10,592 nt of DNA from Azolla caroliniana (taxonomy: Eukaryota; Plantae; Polypodiophyta): assembly GCA_043228905.1 (NCBI GenBank), contig JBHGNT010001259.1, forward strand, positions 1 to 10,592, written 5' to 3'. Position numbers and translations under genes: made by a program. Below, piece after piece: positions 7,625-10,592 of this stretch. A model generated the notes under the pieces. It had not been told where the DNA came from and did not search any database. It saw nothing but the letters and a program-made list of their open reading frames with translations. The stretch's first letter is position 1. Each line of letters opens with the position of its first letter.

Positions 7625-7625
7625 G

Positions 7626-8113
7626 TGTGCATAAACACTATAGTCGATAAAAAACGCATGAGGTTAGAAAAGCATGTTAGAGAAAGCATATAGTCTATAG
7701 ATAGAGAAAGCATGGAGTTCATAATTAGAGAAAAAACATGGATTGCTAAGACTCTCTCATCACTATATAAGGATGGGGAGCACAATGTAATAGGAGTGTG
7801 AAAACTTTGGAAATTGGATATATTTCTAAAAACACTAATTAATAAATTATATTTGTGGGATTCACGAAATAAACTATACTCATGGGATTCACAAGGTTTC
7901 TATATCTGTCTCTTTCAATCCAAATTCATATTCTTATCTAAATATTTAAAAAAATCTAATACAATACACTCATGGGATTCACAAGGTTCCATATCTCTTT
8001 CTTATAATCTACTCAGAACTAGATTTGCCTCAAATTCTTCTTCCTCCTAGTCTAAAACCTTAGTGGTTCTCACCCAACTCACGCAACGATCTGGTGTCGA
8101 AAGGCACGACACA
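7626..8113 (+). repeat. 5' LTR (about 488 bp) of a second Trp-primed element
   Basis: TGTG...CACA termini. Starts where the satellite stops mid-unit. TATATAA at 7764-7770. Internal repeats AGAAAGCAT and CTCATGGGATTCACAAGGTT. PBS follows 3 nt later. Confidence 0.75.
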
Positions 8114-8116
8114 AGT

Positions 8117-8134
8117 TGGTGAACCCGACGTGAA
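8117..8134 (+). promoter_or_regulatory. Primer-binding site complementary to tRNA-Trp
   Basis: TGGTGAACCCGACGTGAA is an 18/18 match to the complement of the plant tRNA-Trp 3' end (from memory). Confidence 0.9.
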
Positions 8135-8144
8135 AGCGGGTGTC

Positions 8145-8580
8145 ATGGAGATGAAGAATCAACAAGAGGCCAAGCGGATATTGCAGGAACAACGGGCGAT
8201 GTCGGATGTCGCAACGATCGTAGAACAACTCTGGCAACGGAATGGTCAATTCGATGGGAAGGATGTCTCACATTATCTTCGAGACTTCAAGGTAGAGATG
8301 TTGTGTTGCGGAATATCAGAAGGATTACAAGCGGCATGAAGAAGGTCCTAGAGGATGAAATGGAGGTAAAAATCAATTATGCGACAACCTCAAGAATACG
8401 TATGGGTGAGATATCTAAAGTGAAGGCATCTTTTTGGCCAAAAATGCTAGAAATCTCCGAGAAAACCGACTCTAATATAATCCGAAGCATTGTAGAAGGC
8501 ATCCGGAAAGCTACAGGATGGGAGAGCCCCATAGAGAAGAATAGCATATACACCCTATGCCAATTACAGGATGTGTATGT
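8145..8580 (+). pseudogene. gag: Internally deleted gag or gag-pol fragments of the Trp-primed element
   Basis: ATG 11 nt after the PBS gives MEMKNQQ...QFDGKDVSHYLRDFKVEM, similar to ORF 184-984. At about 8332 it switches frame to GMKKVLED...IRKATGWESPIE, inferred to be a more distal polyprotein segment. Confidence 0.65.
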
Positions 8581-8581
8581 A

Positions 8582-8766
8582 GTTCGGAGCCTGTGGGGTC
8601 TCGTGGTTTTTCCCTATTAGGGTTTTCCACGTAAACATTCTGTGTACTCTCTATTGTTTATGTGTGTTCGAGTATTTATCGCTATTGCCATTTTTGTGTT
8701 TTCATTCTCATTGAACTGATTCAAGACTCGGTTGTGGCCGAGCTATATTCCACGCTATTCTCTTCA
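8582..8766 (+). repeat. 3' (R/U5) part of a Ty1/copia 5' LTR (left boundary approximate)
   Basis: GTGGTTTTTCCC...AGGGTTTTCCACGTAAA motif (8603-8635), common in plant copia LTRs. Ends in CA 3 nt before a Met PBS. Confidence 0.7.
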
Positions 8767-8769
8767 AAC

Positions 8770-8781
8770 TGGTATCAGTGC
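8770..8781 (+). promoter_or_regulatory. PBS complementary to initiator tRNA-Met
   Basis: TGGTATCAGTGC is an 11/12 match to TGGTATCAGAGC. Confidence 0.85.
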
Positions 8782-8795
8782 AAACAACACAGGAA

Positions 8796-9414
8796 ATGGA
8801 AGAATCGTTCGGCAGCATGTTCAAGCTCACCGGCTCCAATACTCAATGTGGAAGTCGAAGATGAGGGATATGCTGGTGGTTAAAGATCTTTGGTTGTCAG
8901 TTCAGTTCAGGGACCAGAGACCGGATAAGATCGACGCCACAATGTGGGAGGTGATGCACATGAAGACGAGGACATACATCCGGTGCTTCATCGACATGAG
9001 CCTGTACAACAACATCAATTAAGAAAGTAAGGCTCATGAACTCTACGAGAAGATCGGCATCATATTCCAGAACAAGAATGTCGTTAATCGGGTTTTGGTA
9101 TTCTGGAAGCTATTGAGGCTTCGGTACTAGGACGGCTCCAGTATGGCGGAGCACATGAATGCCTTCTAGGGGCTAATACACCAAGCAACCTCGTTGGAAG
9201 TAGCTCTCACCGATGACGTACTCGCATTACTCCTACTCAATTCCCTCCCGTATAGCTGGGAGACGTTAGTTGTAACGTTCGGCAATGCCAGGCCGGAAGG
9301 AAAATAGTTGTCCCTAGCAAGGGTAAAGTCAAGCTTGCTAGATGAAGAAGCTCGCCGGAAGGACCGGGAGTCCGGAACCGATCCGAAGGATTTGGTTACG
9401 AAAGATGACCACAA
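8796..9414 (+). pseudogene. gag: Ty1/copia Gag (Tnt1/Tork-like, UBN2-type) with a frameshift and stops, interrupted by another copia
   Basis: MEESFGSMFKLTGS/YSMWKSKMRDML...SMAEHMNAF*GLI...LALLLLNSLPYSWETLVVTF...VKSSLLDEEARRK. Confidence 0.9.
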
Positions 9415-9719
9415 TGTCGAATACAAGTGTATAATGGACGTATTCACACTATCCCTTTGTATAGCTCAAGTTTGGGCCATTTGTGTAATTAGCATAAATG
9501 GTAGTTGCCCTAAGTTTGTCACTATATAAAGTGACCTAGTAACCTTTTTGTAAGGTTGGTTGTATTATTGTTTCTATTGAATAGAAAGAGTCTTTTGTGC
9601 CTCCTCTCTCTCTCTCTCTCTCTATCTTCTGTGCACGATCTTGGAAACTGTCATACGTAGGTACTCAACCCCAATCGAATGCTACTTGATCTTCCGCATT
9701 GACGGCCTTGTCTTCAACA
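9415..9719 (+). repeat. 5' LTR (305 bp) of the copia element
   Basis: TGTCGAA...TTCAACA termini (6/7 IR). TATATAAA at 9523-9530. (CT)n at about 9604-9623. PBS 2 nt downstream. Confidence 0.88.
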
Positions 9720-9721
9720 TT

Positions 9722-9733
9722 TGGTATCAGAGC
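9722..9733 (+). promoter_or_regulatory. PBS complementary to initiator tRNA-Met
   Basis: Perfect TGGTATCAGAGC. Confidence 0.95.
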
Positions 9734-9765
9734 AAGGTCCCTCAACCCGCTGTCGGCCGTCGTCT

Positions 9766-9860
9766 CAGCCTGCACAGCATTCAGTTCTTCGCTTCATCAC
9801 AGCCTGCACAGTATTCGGCCTTTCGCTTCATCCTAGTCTGCAAAGCATTCGGTTTCTTGC
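9766..9860. repeat. 34-bp tandem repeat, about 2.8 copies, in the copia leader
   Basis: CAGCCTGCACAG(C/T)ATTC(A/G)G...TTCGCTTCATC at 9766 and 9800, with a diverged copy at 9834. Confidence 0.85.
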
Positions 9861-10294
9861 GTCATTCGAAGAAACAGAGAAGAAAGTAGGCAAACACAAG
9901 CTTGAATCTCGCTGCGTTAGATCATCACTCGGAGTAAGCCAGTCGGCTGTACTCTACTTCCTTGATCGTAACTGCTTGAGGTGGGCTTCCTGCACAACAA
10001 CGACTTCAAGGACAACCCCAGTTCGTGTTTCATTCGATTGGACAATAATCGGAAGGACCAGTCGGTTCCATTGCTCTCACCGTTGCAGTCAACCGAAACC
10101 GAATCGGCTTGAAGTACTGTCGGATCGTTAAATCTAGGTTCAACTCGACTAAGACAGTTGTCGGTAGTCAATCCGAACCAAATCCCCGATTCTCCGTAAT
10201 CAACATCACTTGTGTCCAACTTCGGCTAGAACGACACTGAGTGGGCCAAACCGCTGCACTTCACCAAAGTTCGTAGCCGACTTAGGGCAGAGTC

Positions 10295-10592
10295 ATGACA
10301 TCAACATCCGGCTCGTCAGAAATGAGTCTACGAAAGTTCGATGGATCGAACTTCAACTTCTGGAAGGAGCAAATGCAGGACTATCTCATAGTCAAGGGGC
10401 AAATCGATCCCATCGAAAATGAAGCACCTCCAGAAGGATACAAACCAATTGAGTGGCAGAAGCTGGACAGAATCGTCCGCGCCACGATTCGGATGCACCT
10501 ATCAGAATCGGTATACTTTACGGTGCAATCGTGTACGACAGCATTCGAACTGTGGAAAACACTGTCGGACACCTACGAAAAGAAGGTCGCTG
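10295..10592 (+). CDS. gag: Ty1/copia Gag-Pol polyprotein N-terminus (partial, open at the window edge; absent from the ORF track)
   Basis: MTSTSGSSEMSLRKFDGSNFNFWKEQMQDYLIVKG...WQKLDRIVRATIRMHLSESVYFTV...ELWKTLSDTYEKK, 99 codons without a stop. KFDGxNFxxWK is a copia Gag hallmark. Confidence 0.92.
   Translation, partial: MTSTSGSSEMSLRKFDGSNFNFWKEQMQDYLIVKGQIDPIENEAPPEGYKPIEWQKLDRIVRATIRMHLSESVYFTVQSCTTAFELWKTLSDTYEKKVA

Larger units (their letters stand above)
9415..10592 (+). mobile_element. Ty1/copia retrotransposon, 5' part (runs off the right edge), nested in the preceding copia gag
   Basis: LTR, Met PBS, leader of about 560 nt, then an open gag frame. Confidence 0.92.

Noticed and set aside
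9721-10131. 136-aa ORF starting at the PBS
   Set aside because: Starts at a TTG overlapping the PBS, crosses a 34-bp repeat and has no domain. The real gag starts at 10295.

Overview
Eukaryotic, plant-type repeat-dense DNA made almost entirely of nested and deleted LTR retrotransposons. No intact host gene is visible. The mix of lineages suggests a moss or other early land plant (inference). From left to right: (1) a minus-strand tRNA-Trp-primed Ty3/gypsy-like element (gag-like ORF, PBS, 658-bp LTR at 1023-1680), inserted into (2) the RT of a decayed minus-strand Tf1/sushi/Tcn1-like gypsy (gag-CCHC, -1 frameshift signal, protease, RT start). (3) An AT-rich spacer. (4) A TSD-bounded (AATTA) LTR element at 4582-7043 with no recognisable retro-domains, a Tf1-like self-priming PBS and a 48-bp tandem array; its 3' LTR is interrupted by a foreign LTR fragment. 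(5) A short satellite, cut by (6) a second tRNA-Trp-primed element. (7) A decayed Ty1/copia, interrupted by (8) another copia whose gag is open to the window edge. The most unusual signals are tRNA-like A/B-box cassettes lying antisense in the U3 of several different LTRs, and the self-priming non-autonomous element. All alignments and pairings were done by eye.
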